Source: Hypanus sabinus
Lineage: Eukaryota
Reading direction: 5' to 3'
Assembly (NCBI RefSeq): GCF_030144855.1
Contig: NC_082731.1
Coordinates: 21,390,001-21,454,000 of the forward strand
Length of the DNA: 64,000 nt
Below, in pieces: positions 50,040 to 62,759 of this stretch. A program made the position numbers and the translations under genes. Below the pieces are notes generated by a model that ran no database searches, had not been told where the DNA came from, and saw only the letters and a list, made by a program, of their open reading frames with translations. Every line of letters starts with the position of its first letter. Position 1 is the stretch's first letter.

Positions 50040-52075
50040 TTATACCTGGAAATATGATGCTGTAGCAATTAGTGAAACATGGTTGCCAAACTAACATGGA
50101 AACTAAATATTCCTGGATTTCGTTGCTTCAGGTGTGATAGAATCGAAGAGATAAGAGGGGGAGGTGTTTCATTGCTTGTCAGAGAAAATATTACTGCGGT
50201 GCTCTGGCAGGATAGATTAGAGAGCTCGTCTAGGGAGTCTATTTGGTTGGAATTGATGAATGGGAAATGTGTAGTAACACTGTTAGGAGTGTATTATAGA
50301 CCACCTAATGGTTAGCGAGAATTACAGGAGCAAATGTGTAAGGAGTTAGAAGATATTAGCACAATGCACAGGGTTGTGATTGTGAGAGGTTTTAATTTTT
50401 CACTCACATACTGGTAAGGCTATAATATAAAATGACTGGATGGATTGGAGTTTGTAAAATGTGCGCAGGATAGTTTTTTTTTTGCAGCAATGCTTAGAGT
50501 TACCAACTAGAGAACGGGCAGTGTTGGATCCCCTGTTAGAAAATGAGATTGGTCAGGTGACGGAGGTATGTGTTGGGGAACACATCGGGTCCAGTGATCA
50601 CAAAGCCATCAATTTCAGTATAATTATGGAGAAAAATTGTACTGGACCTAGGGATGAGATTTTTGATTAGAGAAAGGCTAACTTTGAGGAGATGCGCAAT
50701 GTTTCGGAACGATTGGACTGGGCAAATTGGTTTATGGGAAGGATGTAATAGAGAAATAGAGGGAATTTAAAGTTGAAGTGTTGAGGATATAGAATAATTA
50801 TCTTCCTGTTAGATTGAAAGGGAATGTTGAAAGTTTGAGTACGCCATGGTTTTCAATGGATATTGGAAAAATTGTTCGGAAAAAGAGAAAGATCTACAAT
50901 ACCTTTTGGCAGCATACAGTAAATGAGGTGCTTGAGGAATAAAACAAATGTAAAAAGAATCTTAGGAAAGAAATTATAAAAGCTAAAAGAAGGCATGAGT
51001 TTGTTTTGGAAAGTAAGGTGAAAGTAAATCCAAAGGGTTTCGACAGCTATATTAATAGCAAAAAGATAGTGAGGGAAAAATTTTGTCCATTAGAAAATCG
51101 GAGTGGACAACTATATGTGGAGCCAAAAGAGATGGGGGAGATTTTGAACAATTTGCTTTCTTCGGTATTCACTAAGAAGAGGGATATTGAATTGCGTACG
51201 TTAAGGGAAATAAGTAAGGAAGTTATGGAAACTATGATGATTAAAGAGGAGGAATGTTGGCGCTTTTAATGAGTATAAAATTGGATAAAACTCTGTGTCC
51301 TGGCAGGATATTCTGTAGGAATTGAGGGAAGGTATTGTAGTAACAGCAGGGGCTCTGACAAAAATATTTTAAAATGTTATTAGAAACGGGGACGGTATCG
51401 GATGATTAACGTATTGCTCATGTTGCTCTTTTGTTTGAATAAGTGTTCTAAGAGTAAACGCAGCTACTATAGGCCTGTACGTTTGACGTCAGTAGTGGGT
51501 AAATCAATGGAAATATTCTTAGAGATGGTATATAAAATTATCAGGATAGACAGCGTCTGATTAGGAACAGTAAACAAGGATTTGTGCGTGGAAGTTCGTG
51601 TCTGACAAATCTTATTAATTTTTGAAGAGGCTACGGGGAAGGTTGACGAGGATAAGCACTGGATGTTGTCTCTATGGACTTCATTAATGCGTTTTATTCG
51701 TTTCCGCACGGAAGGTTAGTAAGGAAGATTCAATCTTTAGATTTTAATATTTAAGTAGTAAAATGGATTGAACAGCGGCTGGATGGGAGATGTCAGGGAG
51801 TAGTGGTGGATAACTCTTCGTCAGGATGGAGGTCGGTAACTATTGGCGTACCTAAGGGATCTGTACTGGGTCCAATGATGTTTGCCAAATACATTAATGA
51901 TCTTGATGATGGGGTTGTAAATTGGATTAGTAAGGATGCAGATAATACTAAGATATGTGGCGTTGTGGATAATCAAGTAGATTTTTAAAGCTGGCGGAGA
52001 GACTTAGGCCAGTTAGAAGAGTGGGCTGAAAGATGGCAGATGGAATTTAATGCTGATAAACGTGAGGTGCTACAT
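50040..52075 (+). mobile_element. CR1 ORF2 (endonuclease to RT), decayed
   Basis: YDAVAISETW...IPGFRCFRCDR...GGGVSLLVRE...VYYRPPN; KVNPKGF; GVPKGSVLGP...YINDLD...SKDADNT. Confidence 0.9.
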
Positions 52076-54399
52076 TTTAGTAGGACTAATCAAAACAATA
52101 AAATCCACAAATTAATCCGACGTGAAGAACTTAACGTGGAACATCAACATTCCTTTGTGTATCAACCGGCATGAAAATTATATGTCTGCTTATAAACGTA
52201 TAGGAACACATGGCATGGATGTATCATGCTAATGATTCAAATAGGATACGGGTACGGAAGTAGATACTGGTAGAAGATAACCCTGGCTATGATTACTTCG
52301 ATTTTTAAAAATATTTTAAATTCTGCAGAGGGAATTTCTCTGCAAATCTTTTGGATCCAGTTCTCTCTTTCTTTATATTTCTGTGTATTTTCCTTCTCTT
52401 CTTGTTCATCGCTCTCCGCTTACTTCTCACTCAAGCTCTCATAACTCGTATCCCCAATTCCCCTCTGTATTTTTCATCAATGACGCATTATTCACTTCAC
52501 TATTTTAATAATTTACTAAAATAATTTATTATACCTCTCTCTCTCACTTTTACTTTACCGCTCTTTATCTCCTTCAGATTCCAGGGAGAACAATCCCCCA
52601 GGGCGCTTCCACAAGTTTCTGTTCCATTATTTTCTTCCTTGGATCATGTGTGGCATGTCATGCGAAAATCGCGATAGATCAATATCAAATGATATCTCTA
52701 TCACGTTGGCTTGATAAGTTCATAAAATATAATACTTTATGCTTGGCACGGGATTTTCCAGCAGCAAAAGTTAGTAGTTTAGGATCGGAGAGTCGCTGCA
52801 GAGAAGGCACTTAAAATGCGCGTAGAATTTCACTATTGCAGCCGTACGCCTTTGAATAGACAATGTTTAAAATGCTTTCGCTGAAAACTTAGATGAACAG
52901 TCGGCCCTGCGCATTTCATTTTATTCATACAATTGCGTCGTTTACCTACTGATCTTTGCCATTGATGTTCCATTTCTTTGCAAAGCTTTGCACAGTGTTG
53001 TTCTTAAGGCACAGAACTACCAGGTAGAATTAAACATATTTAAATGAACTTCATGCATTAGGCTCCGATAGACAGCAGAAAACCTGTCAGGGTACTGAGT
53101 CGGATGAACTCTTGAACCAGCGATGAACACTTCGGCAGATTGTTGGAATCCTCTACAAGATGCTGAGTTACCCAGAACATGGCCTTAGCTACAAATAAAA
53201 ATAGGTAACTGTAGGGAACTGTAGTTCATTGTTATAGTTTATCCTTGTTCAGAAGTCAGCCAATGAGGATAATGAAACAATGATTCATTGCCATTGGCTC
53301 CTGAAAAGAAGCACATCCGCTATCAGCAATCTAGATGAGAGTGGACGTGATATTCTGCACATCAGTCAGTTAAGCAGAGATTACCCTGGGGAAAAAAAAA
53401 GGAACAAATATCAGTAAAGGAAAGATATAAGTATTTGATAAATGACTAGAATCATACCGGGACAACCACGAATGTCTCGATTGGGGTTGTGCTTCTTTTT
53501 CTACATGCGTGGGGAATAAGAGATCAGTGCAAAGTTTAACCTATTTGAAGGAACCAGAGTTCGTTACATGTTGTGTAACTCGTCGGAGGGTCACTGCTGT
53601 CACAACGTGAACACATTGCTTTTTCTGAAATTTGATCTGACTGGATCTGACGCTCTGATTGCAATTTAAGCTGACTCTTCGCATTGGAGTGACTTTGTGG
53701 CGATAGGATCTTCTGTCATGAGAAGGCAGTACTCCCACGCAATCGGCTGGCATCGCATAACTGACCTCGTTTTTGGTCTTCTATAGCTACTGCCTGAATA
53801 TATTATGTTAAATTTCTATATTTAAATAACGTTTCTTTATCTGTTGATTTGTTTCAAATAGACAGTTTCGAATAGTCTCATAGCAAACAGCTTGCCTTCT
53901 CAATAAAAACCACATTGGAATTTCGCAAGCCATAGCACCATTACGGTTAACACAGTGCTCCTGGGAGCCTGATTTCCAACAATGGTTATCAGCATTGATG
54001 TCCTCAAATGTAGCAGCCCTTAGGACCATTCAATTAATCTTGAGGAAGAAGCATGGTTTGAAAATGACTTATCTTAATCCAAATTCCACTACCTCCTCTT
54101 CCCCCGAAAAATGGAAAAACAAAGTTATAGCCTTTAGCTACACAACGAACAAGCAAGACTTTCCATTTTGCTAAGAGAACGGGAACAACTGTCAAAACAG
54201 TCTAATGACAATACTGGGTCGAGAGATCTGTTAAATATAAGAATCAAATCTGTTGTACAAAATTTTGAGGACGAAAGGGAATATAACTCATTTCCAACAG
54301 GCACACCTCCAGTTATCTCGCCCTTCTGCCCCGGTACGGGAAAAGACAGACGGAGAACTGTCCCCAGTCACCACAACATGGCTGACAGAAAATTGTAAA

Positions 54400-54700
54400 A
54401 GGTCATACAGCCAAAACATGACAAGAAAATGTGTCATGTTAACCATTCAAGTGACCACATGTTAACAGTGTGTGTGTCTAGGTCTGTGTATGCGCGAGCT
54501 CATCTTTAACTCCTGGTGCTCAGATCATTCTGATATCTTGGTGTGTCTTCGGCATCTGAAACCTGGCAGAGACCATCCTTCTCCAGGCTTTTTCTTTAAC
54601 CAGGTCGAGTTGTCAGGAGAGCGGGAAAGGAGGTTCCCGGTATTGAACATGGCATCTCTTGTCCCGAATTCCAGCGCTGATACCACTACGCCACCAGACG
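54400..54700 (-). mobile_element. tRNA-derived SINE
   Basis: Minus strand GGTGGCGTAGTGG (A-box-like, 54695-54683) followed about 35 nt later by GTTCAATACC (B-box-like, about 54648-54639). The 3' extent is uncertain. Confidence 0.55.
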
Positions 54701-55989
54701 GCACTTGCATGAGTAGGCTGGGAGAATCCTGAAGGATGAGGCATTTCAAGGATTGACTTCATGACGGAGACCTCGCATCTCTTCGTGGAACGCTGAATGT
54801 AAGAAACGCAATTTCCAAAAGAAAATTTCCGGTAGTTTCAGTCTCTTGGAAGATATGACTGATCGGGTGCAGTGCAAACATTGCCGAACAACTCATTTAT
54901 TTCGTTTTTTTTCTTCGAATCTGCTGCATTGCTGATAAAATGTGGGATTCATTACAAAGAACAAGCTTAGCAGATGAGATTGTGAAATGTATCGAATGGT
55001 TTGTTTCCTATAAATAGCATAAAATCTGTCAAGAAAATCTACTGACCGATCTGAGGGCAGGCTATTTTTTTATTCAGCTGTAAATCGGACGTTCTCAAGC
55101 ATGTCCATTGTACCGAAAACACAGTCTGTGGCCTGGACTTCAGACTAAGTCTTCTTTAGTTTTACAGATCGGGTCTCACATCGTCAGCTCAGACTAAGAC
55201 TTGGAAATACACATCTCTCCTTTGACATTGGTGCCAGAGTCTTCTGCTGAAAAGTAATAATAATAAAAAAAAATCAGCCCCTGAGTTTGCAGGAGTGAAT
55301 TGTAGCCGCAGCCGAACGAAGATTATCGATGGAAAGGGAACAATTTAATCGTTAAATAGCAGAGAGAGGACGCGGCGTCTGTTTTTTTAAATTAACAGCG
55401 ACACATCGAAGTAATCTCCCGTGTTTGTTCTTCGGATCAGATGTATGTTAGGCAATGGAAATTAGGCTTCCGTTTTGGGGACGCTGGAGTGCGTTTGACT
55501 AGTAACCAGTTGAATTTTGTATCACAAGTAATGCGATTTGAGAACCTTCCTTTTGGTCATAAGTGCATTGTCTCCATAACTCCCTTTGTATCTCTTGCCA
55601 TATGTTTTATCTTAAGAGACGTCTCACCACAGTTCGCTATCGTTAATATTAACCTTATCTGAATCATTTGCTACTTGAACCCCGTCTTCCTTCCAGCATC
55701 ATCCTCTCCTTGTCGCTGCCTCCACCTCGTACTTATTTTCTCTTTGTGACATCTGCAGCTGACATTTTCGGTTTGTGGCTTGTGATTTTGTTTCATGTTT
55801 TCTCGCTTTTGTTCTGCCAGGTCACGTGGATATCAAGACAAAGAAAATTCAAAACCAAATCAAAAGCTGTCATTTTTGATCATAGGACTCTGATATATCC
55901 TCAACTAACGCAATTGCATGTAAAAAAAATATAGTGTATCACCGCGTTTAACGGAATCATCGCTCCATGACAACAAAATATGCGTGACC

Positions 55990-55992
55990 GTG

Positions 55993-56062
<70 letters not shown>
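55990..56062. repeat. (TG)n microsatellite
   Basis: Direct observation. It explains the HT/CV-repeat ORFs in the track. Confidence 0.98.
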
Positions 56063-56066
<4 letters not shown>

Positions 56067-57149
56067 TGCTTGAGAGAGAGGGAGACGGACAGAGATAAAA
56101 CTTTTCTGTACGCAGATAGAAAATTACACGCGATGTTCAAATATCGTCAGTTCTGCGAGACCATTTTGATAATATCTGACACAGACACTATATTCTCTTG
56201 CGATCTCTCGCTGCAGCTGCTGAATGTGCTCACATCTTGCTTCCCGATCTATTGTGATATCGTAGTGTAAATATACACAGCTCTTTTTTGAGACAGGATC
56301 CCCATGTTTCATTAGGGAACCTACCAGCGACTGCTGAAAGTATTTAGAAAAGCTGACGGAACCTTGATGCTGTCAGCGAGCAACGCGCCCAACGGCAAAG
56401 TCCTAAATTCAATTCATGAAACTACTTCTCTTTTTTTCTTATTTTACTTATCCATTTAAAAATGATTATACTACTAGAAAGCATATAAATGGAATCTGCG
56501 AGTTACTTTGTGATGGTTTACTGCTTGTTGTTTATTTTTGAAAGATTGTGCGATCAAGCACCTTATTAAAACTGAGGGCGTTCAGTGAAATTTGCAAAAG
56601 TAGTGTACAGCCCAGAGACCAGAACTCCTCTCCGATTGAGGCGTAGAGCAAGGTTGAATTCGACGAGGACAATGTATTAGATTTTGATTGAACTGTAAGC
56701 TGGTTGAATAGCTTTAGGAGAATTTGATTAACGGTGCATGTATTTGTTGATTGTGGTTGCTCTTTTTTTTGTTGTTTTTAAAGGATGTGTAAGGTTCGAT
56801 TGCTGTTGACTGTGAGCGAAGAATGCTTGTAGTTACAAGCGACATGGCATTGAAATAACCTATACTGGGTACGACTGGAATCCCAGTTTGGCATTTGTTT
56901 TTTTTTGTTTTTTTTTGCGTAGTTTGTACGCTTTTTTATTTTGCTTATTTTCAAAAGTGTTCGATGTTTGATTTTCTGTTTCCAATGGATGTATCTTTGC
57001 GTCGCGCTGCCTGCAGAAGGACGATTTCATATTTGCATTATTTATACATACCTGATTAGTAAACGTCCTTTGAACAACAAACTTATAATTTGAAAAAAAT
57101 CTGTCATTTATATATCAAGGCACAAGGCGTCCTTCATTGATCACAATTC

Positions 57150-59310
57150 TATCTACTTTACGATAGCAGTGGAGAGGGATGGGAACAACAACTTCGGGAA
57201 ACGTTTAACTGGACTAAGGGGAAATATAAGTCTATCAGGCATGAAACTGGAAGCAGAAATTGGAAACAGATCTTCTCAGGGAAACGTACGGAAGAAATGT
57301 GGCAAGGTTCAAGGAATATTTGCTTGGGGTTCTGCGTAAATACGTTCCAATGAGACAGGGAAAATATGTTAGGGTACTGTAAACGTGGTGTACAAAGGCT
57401 GTTGTAAATCTAGTCAAGAAGAAAAGAAGAGTTCACGGAAGGTTCAGTAAACTAAGGAAATATAGGGATGGAAAAGATTATAAGGCGAACGGGAAGGATC
57501 TTAACAGTGTAATTAGGAGAGCGAGAAGGGGCCATGAGAAGGCTTTGGCAGCCAGTATTCAGGAAAACCCCAAGGCATTCTATAGGTATGTGAACAACAA
57601 AATGATAAAATGCGAGAGAATAGGACAAAACAAATGTGACAGTAAAATGTTTGTATGGAACCGGAGGAGAAATGCAGAAGTAAATAATGAATATTTTGCT
57701 TCAGTATTCACTATTGAAAATGACCTTGGCGATGACTTGCAGCGGACTGAAAATTTTGATCATGTCGATATTAAGGAAGAGGATGTGCTGGAGATTTTGG
57801 ATAACTCACGGGGACCGAACAGAATGCTCTCCAGGCTACAGTGCGATGCGAGGGAGGAGACGCTGTGACTCTGGGGATGATCTTTACAACATCGATTAGG
57901 ACGGGAGAGATTCGGGGTGACTGGAGGGTTGCGGATTTTAGCTCTTAATCAAGAAAGGGAATAGGGTCAGCCCAGTAAATTATAGACCTGTGTGTCTTAA
58001 TTCATTGGTTGGCAAGTTACTTCAGAAGATTCTGAGAGGCAGAATTTATAAACATTTGGAGAGGTATAATATTATTTGGAATAGTTATCATGGCCTTCCA
58101 AAAGACAGGATGTGCCTAACGATCCTAATTAAATTTTTCGAGGATGTAACTGCTGAGGGTACACCGTAGATGCAGAGAGTATGGATTTTAACAAGGTGTT
58201 TGATAAGGTACCCAATGCAAGGCTTATTAAGAAAGTAAGGATGCATGTGATCTAAGGGGACATTGCTTTGTGGATCCACAACTGTCTTGCCCACAGAAGG
58301 CAGAGAGTGGTTGTAGAAATGTCATGTCCTGCAGGGAGCTAGTGATCACAGTTGTTCCTCAGAGATCTGCGATCCCTACTGTTTGATTTTTTTATAAATG
58401 ACCTGGATGAGAAAATAGAGGGACGGGTTAGTAAATTTTCTGATGACACAAGGGTTGGGGTGTTATGGATAGTGTGGGGTGCTGACAGTTCTTACCGCGG
58501 GCCATTGATAGGATGCAAAAACTGGCTGAGAACAGGCAGATGGATTTCAACCCTTATCAGTGTGCGGTCGTTCATTTTGGCAGGTCAAATATAATGGCAG
58601 AAAATACCATTAACTACAAGCCTCTTGGCAATGTAGAGGATCTGCGAGTTCCTGGGGTCCGGGTCCACAGGGCACTCTAAGCTGCTCCGCAGTTTGTCTC
58701 TATGGTTAAGAAGGCATATGGAGCATTGACCTTCATCAATTGTGGGATTGAGTTTAAGAGCTGAGACGAAAATTTGCAGATATGCAGGACTCTGGTCAGA
58801 ACACCCTTGGTGTACTGTGCTGGCTTCTGTTCGCCTCTTTGCTGGAAGGACATGGAAACCATAGAAAGGATGCAGAGGAGATTTACAAGGATGTTGCCTG
58901 GACTGAAAAGCATGCCTTATGAGAATAGGTTGCATAGCATTTTCTCCTTGGAGCGACGGAGGATGAGAGAAAACTTGATAGGGGTGTACAAGATGATGAT
59001 AGGCATCGATCGTCTGTGCAGTCAGAGGCTTTTAACCAAGGCTGAAATGGCGGGAACTAGAGTGCATAGTTTTAAGGGCTGGGAAGTTGGTACAGAGGAA
59101 ATGTTAGGGGTAAGATTTTTTTTTTAAGGAGAGTGTGGTGGTTGCGTGGAATGGGCTGTCGGCGGCTGTGGTGGAGGCGGAAACGATAGGTTATTTTTAG
59201 AAACTCTTGAATGGATACGTGCCGCTTTCAAAAATAGATGGCTATGGGTAAGCATAGGTAGTTCTAAAGTAAGGACATGTTTTGAGGGCCGTTGGGTCTG
59301 TATTGTGCTG
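57150..59310 (+). mobile_element. CR1 ORF2 and 3' end, decayed
   Basis: AASIQENPKAFYRYVN, FINDLDE...SKFSDDT, ERMQRRFTRMLPGL...SLERRRMRENLI. Confidence 0.9.
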
Positions 59311-59919
59311 TAGGCATTTTTTTATATATTTTTATGGTTTTATTCCATTCGCAGCTTGTTCACAGCATCCTCAGTTTATTAAATATTAATTCTATGTTAT
59401 GATAGTTACCTTTGACAGACACATGTGATATCTAATAATTATTGAGTCTGGACGATTATGTTGTCCGTCCTAACGCGTGGGAGTGGGCAGCTGCTGTGGG
59501 GACTTTTGGGTTCTAACATGTAGCTGTCATTGCTATTTGGCGCACGCCTCTGCTTTCATGGATGGTTACGAAGGAAAATATTCCCCAGAAGTATCTTGTA
59601 TGCATTGCTCTGACATTAAATTTATCCTTCAAACTATTCCAACCTTGAGTTTAGTTTCTTTTGTGTTACCCTAATACATAAATTTAGTTCGACGGTACCT
59701 TTCCTACCTGGTTTATATTTCACGTAACCGTGATGCGACGTAGTAGAACAAAAAAAAAGAAGTTACCAAGTTCAAAGTAGCATAGGTTCCTACAATCCAG
59801 GTGTTGAGGACTGTCGTAAATCGATCCCTTTATCATTGTACTTCGATCAACAGAACAAAAAACTAATTAAATTAGGATCACAGGAGTTTATTGATTGTAT
59901 TCTGTCGAACGTACTAGGA

Positions 59920-59922
<3 letters not shown>

Positions 59923-59958
<36 letters not shown>
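59923..59958. repeat. (TA)n microsatellite
   Basis: Direct observation. Confidence 0.97.
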
Positions 59959-59961
<3 letters not shown>

Positions 59962-60441
59962 GCAATTACCTACACAATCATAAATAGAAAATAAAAAGAG
60001 CAGGGGAATGAGCAATTGACACTGTAGTGGTACTGTCCAATTGTACGTTTAGGCCTCTGTGTTCTAGCTACTTGGTTAGATTTCAGAGAATGATTATGTT
60101 GAATGCATCTGGACGCCCCATGCTTGACTGAAGAGAAATGGGAATAGCATCTGCTGTCAATTTTTGTGATATTAGTTATTCTGATTCATTCTTTGAATTT
60201 TGTTTTATCGTCAGCCAGTATGGACACTAAGAATTTGAGTAAGGTAAACATAGTACCCGCATACATACAATGGGAGAACAAAATAAATAAAATAAACATA
60301 TAATTTCATGCATATAAAATCAAACGAATAGGAATGGAGGTGGGAAAATCTCAATTACCACCACGCTTTGGAACTCGTCTTAAAAATATCCGCATGACCG
60401 ACTAACTCTCTCCACAATGGATGTCTGTTACAGTCATGAGA

Positions 60442-60760
60442 GTGAGAGAGAGAGAGAGAGAGGTTTGGACGAAAGTTACGTGAGGTTTGGCTGCTTAAAA
60501 TATTGAAGCTGCTGCTGATGCTGAGGGGAGAGGAGAAAGTGAGAACGTGAGAGGGGGAGAGGGAGAGACATAAGGAGGAGCTAAACAGACATGGAGAAAG
60601 AGAGAGAAAGAGAGATCAACAGACCCGTACTGCCTCTCATTTATGCATCATAAGATCAGCGGATGTTCTGCAAGGAGAACGTCCATCAGATATATTGTAT
60701 TTTCATACAGTCGCTTTCATGCAAACGCACGCATACACACACACACACACACACACACTG
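60442..60760. repeat. GA-rich low-complexity tract and (CA)n microsatellite
   Basis: (GA)n at about 60442-60460, purine-rich tract to about 60615, (CA)n at about 60736-60759. Confidence 0.85.
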
Positions 60761-61017
60761 ACGAGTGGTATTCCGGTTTGAATTTCATCGCTCACATTTG
60801 ACATACCGTGTAACGTATATTTCAATAAAGAAGCGGGATAGCAGAGGCTATAGATCTCATGGACTCATTGGAAAGAGCGGTGTGGTTAGAACATAGCTGA
60901 ATCTTGTCGGGCAAATGCGGGGGAATCTTGAAATGGTACTCTTGGCGGCGCGAAACCACATTCAACAAAGACAGTTATCCAGCTGTACAGCTCAAAACAT
61001 GGGTTCTAAAGTAAGTG

Positions 61018-61056
61018 AATTTTTGTACAAGTATTTAATTGGAATACATCAATGTG
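61018..61056 (-). other. 23-RSS of V6
   Basis: CACATTG (61056-61050) + 23 nt + ACAAAAATT (61026-61018). Confidence 0.9.
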
Positions 61057-61363
61057 CGTCTTAGGGCACAGTAGTAAACAGCTGCGTCGCTTATTTGCAG
61101 ATCTGAGATAGTAATATGAATGATTTTATTTGCCTTTTCTAGATAGACAATTAAGCGCGTTTTGGCAAAATCGGCTCTGTCTTCAGATCCAGCAGAATGT
61201 TTGTAAAGTACGTACTCGAGACTTTTCTCTGGTTTTTGTCGGTACCAATATAAAGAATAGCTGCTCCATGTAGTATCATAGTTGCAGCTTAAAGTCACAG
61301 CCTCGTCTTTTCCTTTCACTTCTGATGACTTTGGCTGATTGACAGAGTTTCCGTGAATCGTAT
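61057..61363 (-). CDS. V6: TCR alpha/delta V exon, open; leader exon not identified
   Basis: Acceptor ttttAG at 61365-61364. Exon (x)TIHGNSVNQPKSSEVKGKDEAVTLSCNYDTTWSSYSLYWYRQKPEKSLEYVLYKHSAGSEDRADFAKTRLIVYLEKANKIIHITISDLQISDAAVYYCALR has Cys23, Trp41, the D-x-A-x-YYC motif and no stops. Confidence 0.9.
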
Positions 61364-61970
61364 CTAAAAAAAAACACAAAAATGAAGTGTTTTGTTGACG
61401 TTTTTTTTTAATCAGTACTAAGTTTCCAGAAGGCTCATGAATTGTCTGCTGCTCACAAACCTGTCAACCAGGCTCCACATACAATCCAGAAGACGATCCT
61501 CCACATCGTTTTTATAAAGAATGGTTTGAGTGATTTTCACATCAACAAGGTGTCGCCAAGCTTCAGCAAGATCTGTTTCGCTGTTGAAATAGGCCGTGCA
61601 TATGTTATAATGGAGAGGAAATAGAAGGCCCCAATGGGAGCGTAGACTCTTGATGCATGCTCCGCCTATTTCCCCAGATGTGCCAATGTCCATGTACCTC
61701 AAGGAAAGAGCGTAACTTTTTTTTTAAATGCCACAAGAAACTAACATTAACTGAGGGGCACGAGAAGACTAGCTAACTCAGTACATACAGATAATGGGTT
61801 TTATTGAGAAGATTGAGAGAGAATAAAAGAGACGGAATAGAGATAGCAGTGTGACTACGAGAGGGAGGGAGACACACCGTTAGATGACAAATAAATACAC
61901 ACATGCATATACATAACATTATTTATCACTATTTATCAATCCATTTAAATATGTATGGACTTGCATCGGT

Positions 61971-61978
61971 TGACGTCA
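61971..61978. promoter_or_regulatory. Perfect CRE palindrome upstream of V6
   Basis: TGACGTCA about 610 nt upstream of the V6 acceptor. CRE-like sites also occur upstream of V3-V5. Function is inferred. Confidence 0.35.
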
Positions 61979-62759
61979 AGCAAATCAGCGAAAACTATCC
62001 AGAGGCACGTGCAAGACACTTATCTTTACTACTGTCATCGCACCATTGCCATGATTTACTCACGCGAATCGGTACATTTTTGGAATGTATACGTAACCGG
62101 ACCACGTGCAGGAAACCGACATATAGTTATGACATCGGACTCACAGTGCAGAAGATATGCAGGAGCTCAGAAAAACAACCCACAACAACAGCTCCTAAAC
62201 ATCATCATATTATCAATATAAGCAAAACAGTCGAACTGTAGTCGTCCAGATGTAAATCTCAGCTACATTTCACAGACTTGGTTAATCAACATAGAATCGC
62301 ACTATGTTATCTGTTGTTGGAAAGGGAACAACGCCCGTACACCAATCAGTCGGTTCATTCACTCTAATTATGATGTCAAGCTAATAAATTCTCTCAAGTT
62401 CGAGTTTAAATTAGTTCATCAATACGATTGGTATGCACCTCGGCATAGTCAGAGGTTAGAGCGTTATACCTGGTGTCACTTGGATAAGGTAGCTTTCCTT
62501 CAGTACCCTCATGCCTCTGAACCACATCGGGCGCTTTTCTTGTCACTGCATTTTCAGTAGCGAATCAGTTCTTGCAATTAGATTCAGCTTCTCGATAGCA
62601 TGGCGTCTCAGTAGTTTTTAGAAGGGATTCTGAATAACATAATCATCCGATTTTTGTTGTTTCTCATTTTCAGCTCTGGTAGCAGTGAACTTTACTTTCA
62701 CGCTTTTTTGAAATGTTTCCCTCTCACCATCAAATCTATCACTGTTGGGCTGAGTGTGA

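Noticed and set aside
52991-53019. CACAGTG followed after 12-13 nt by (C)ACAGAACT
   Set aside because: The nonamer match is weak (about 5/9), and there is no V, D or J on the coding side.
53541-53753. ORF containing RVSLNCNQS and a nearby FEGTRV stretch (V- or J-like)
   Set aside because: No WYxQ follows the cysteine, there is no FGxG motif, and no 12-RSS or donor.
54980-55260. ttttcag acceptor-like site and RFTAE-like peptide on the minus strand
   Set aside because: Stops in all frames, and no Cys/Trp framework, leader or RSS.
55901-56270. ORFs with HT and CV dipeptide repeats
   Set aside because: They are translations of the (TG)n microsatellite.
61231-61239. Perfect nonamer ACAAAAACC embedded in the V6 coding sequence (WYRQKP)
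   Set aside because: The positions 12 and 23 nt away read ATTCTTT and ATGGAGC, so there is no heptamer. It is a by-product of the RQKP codons.
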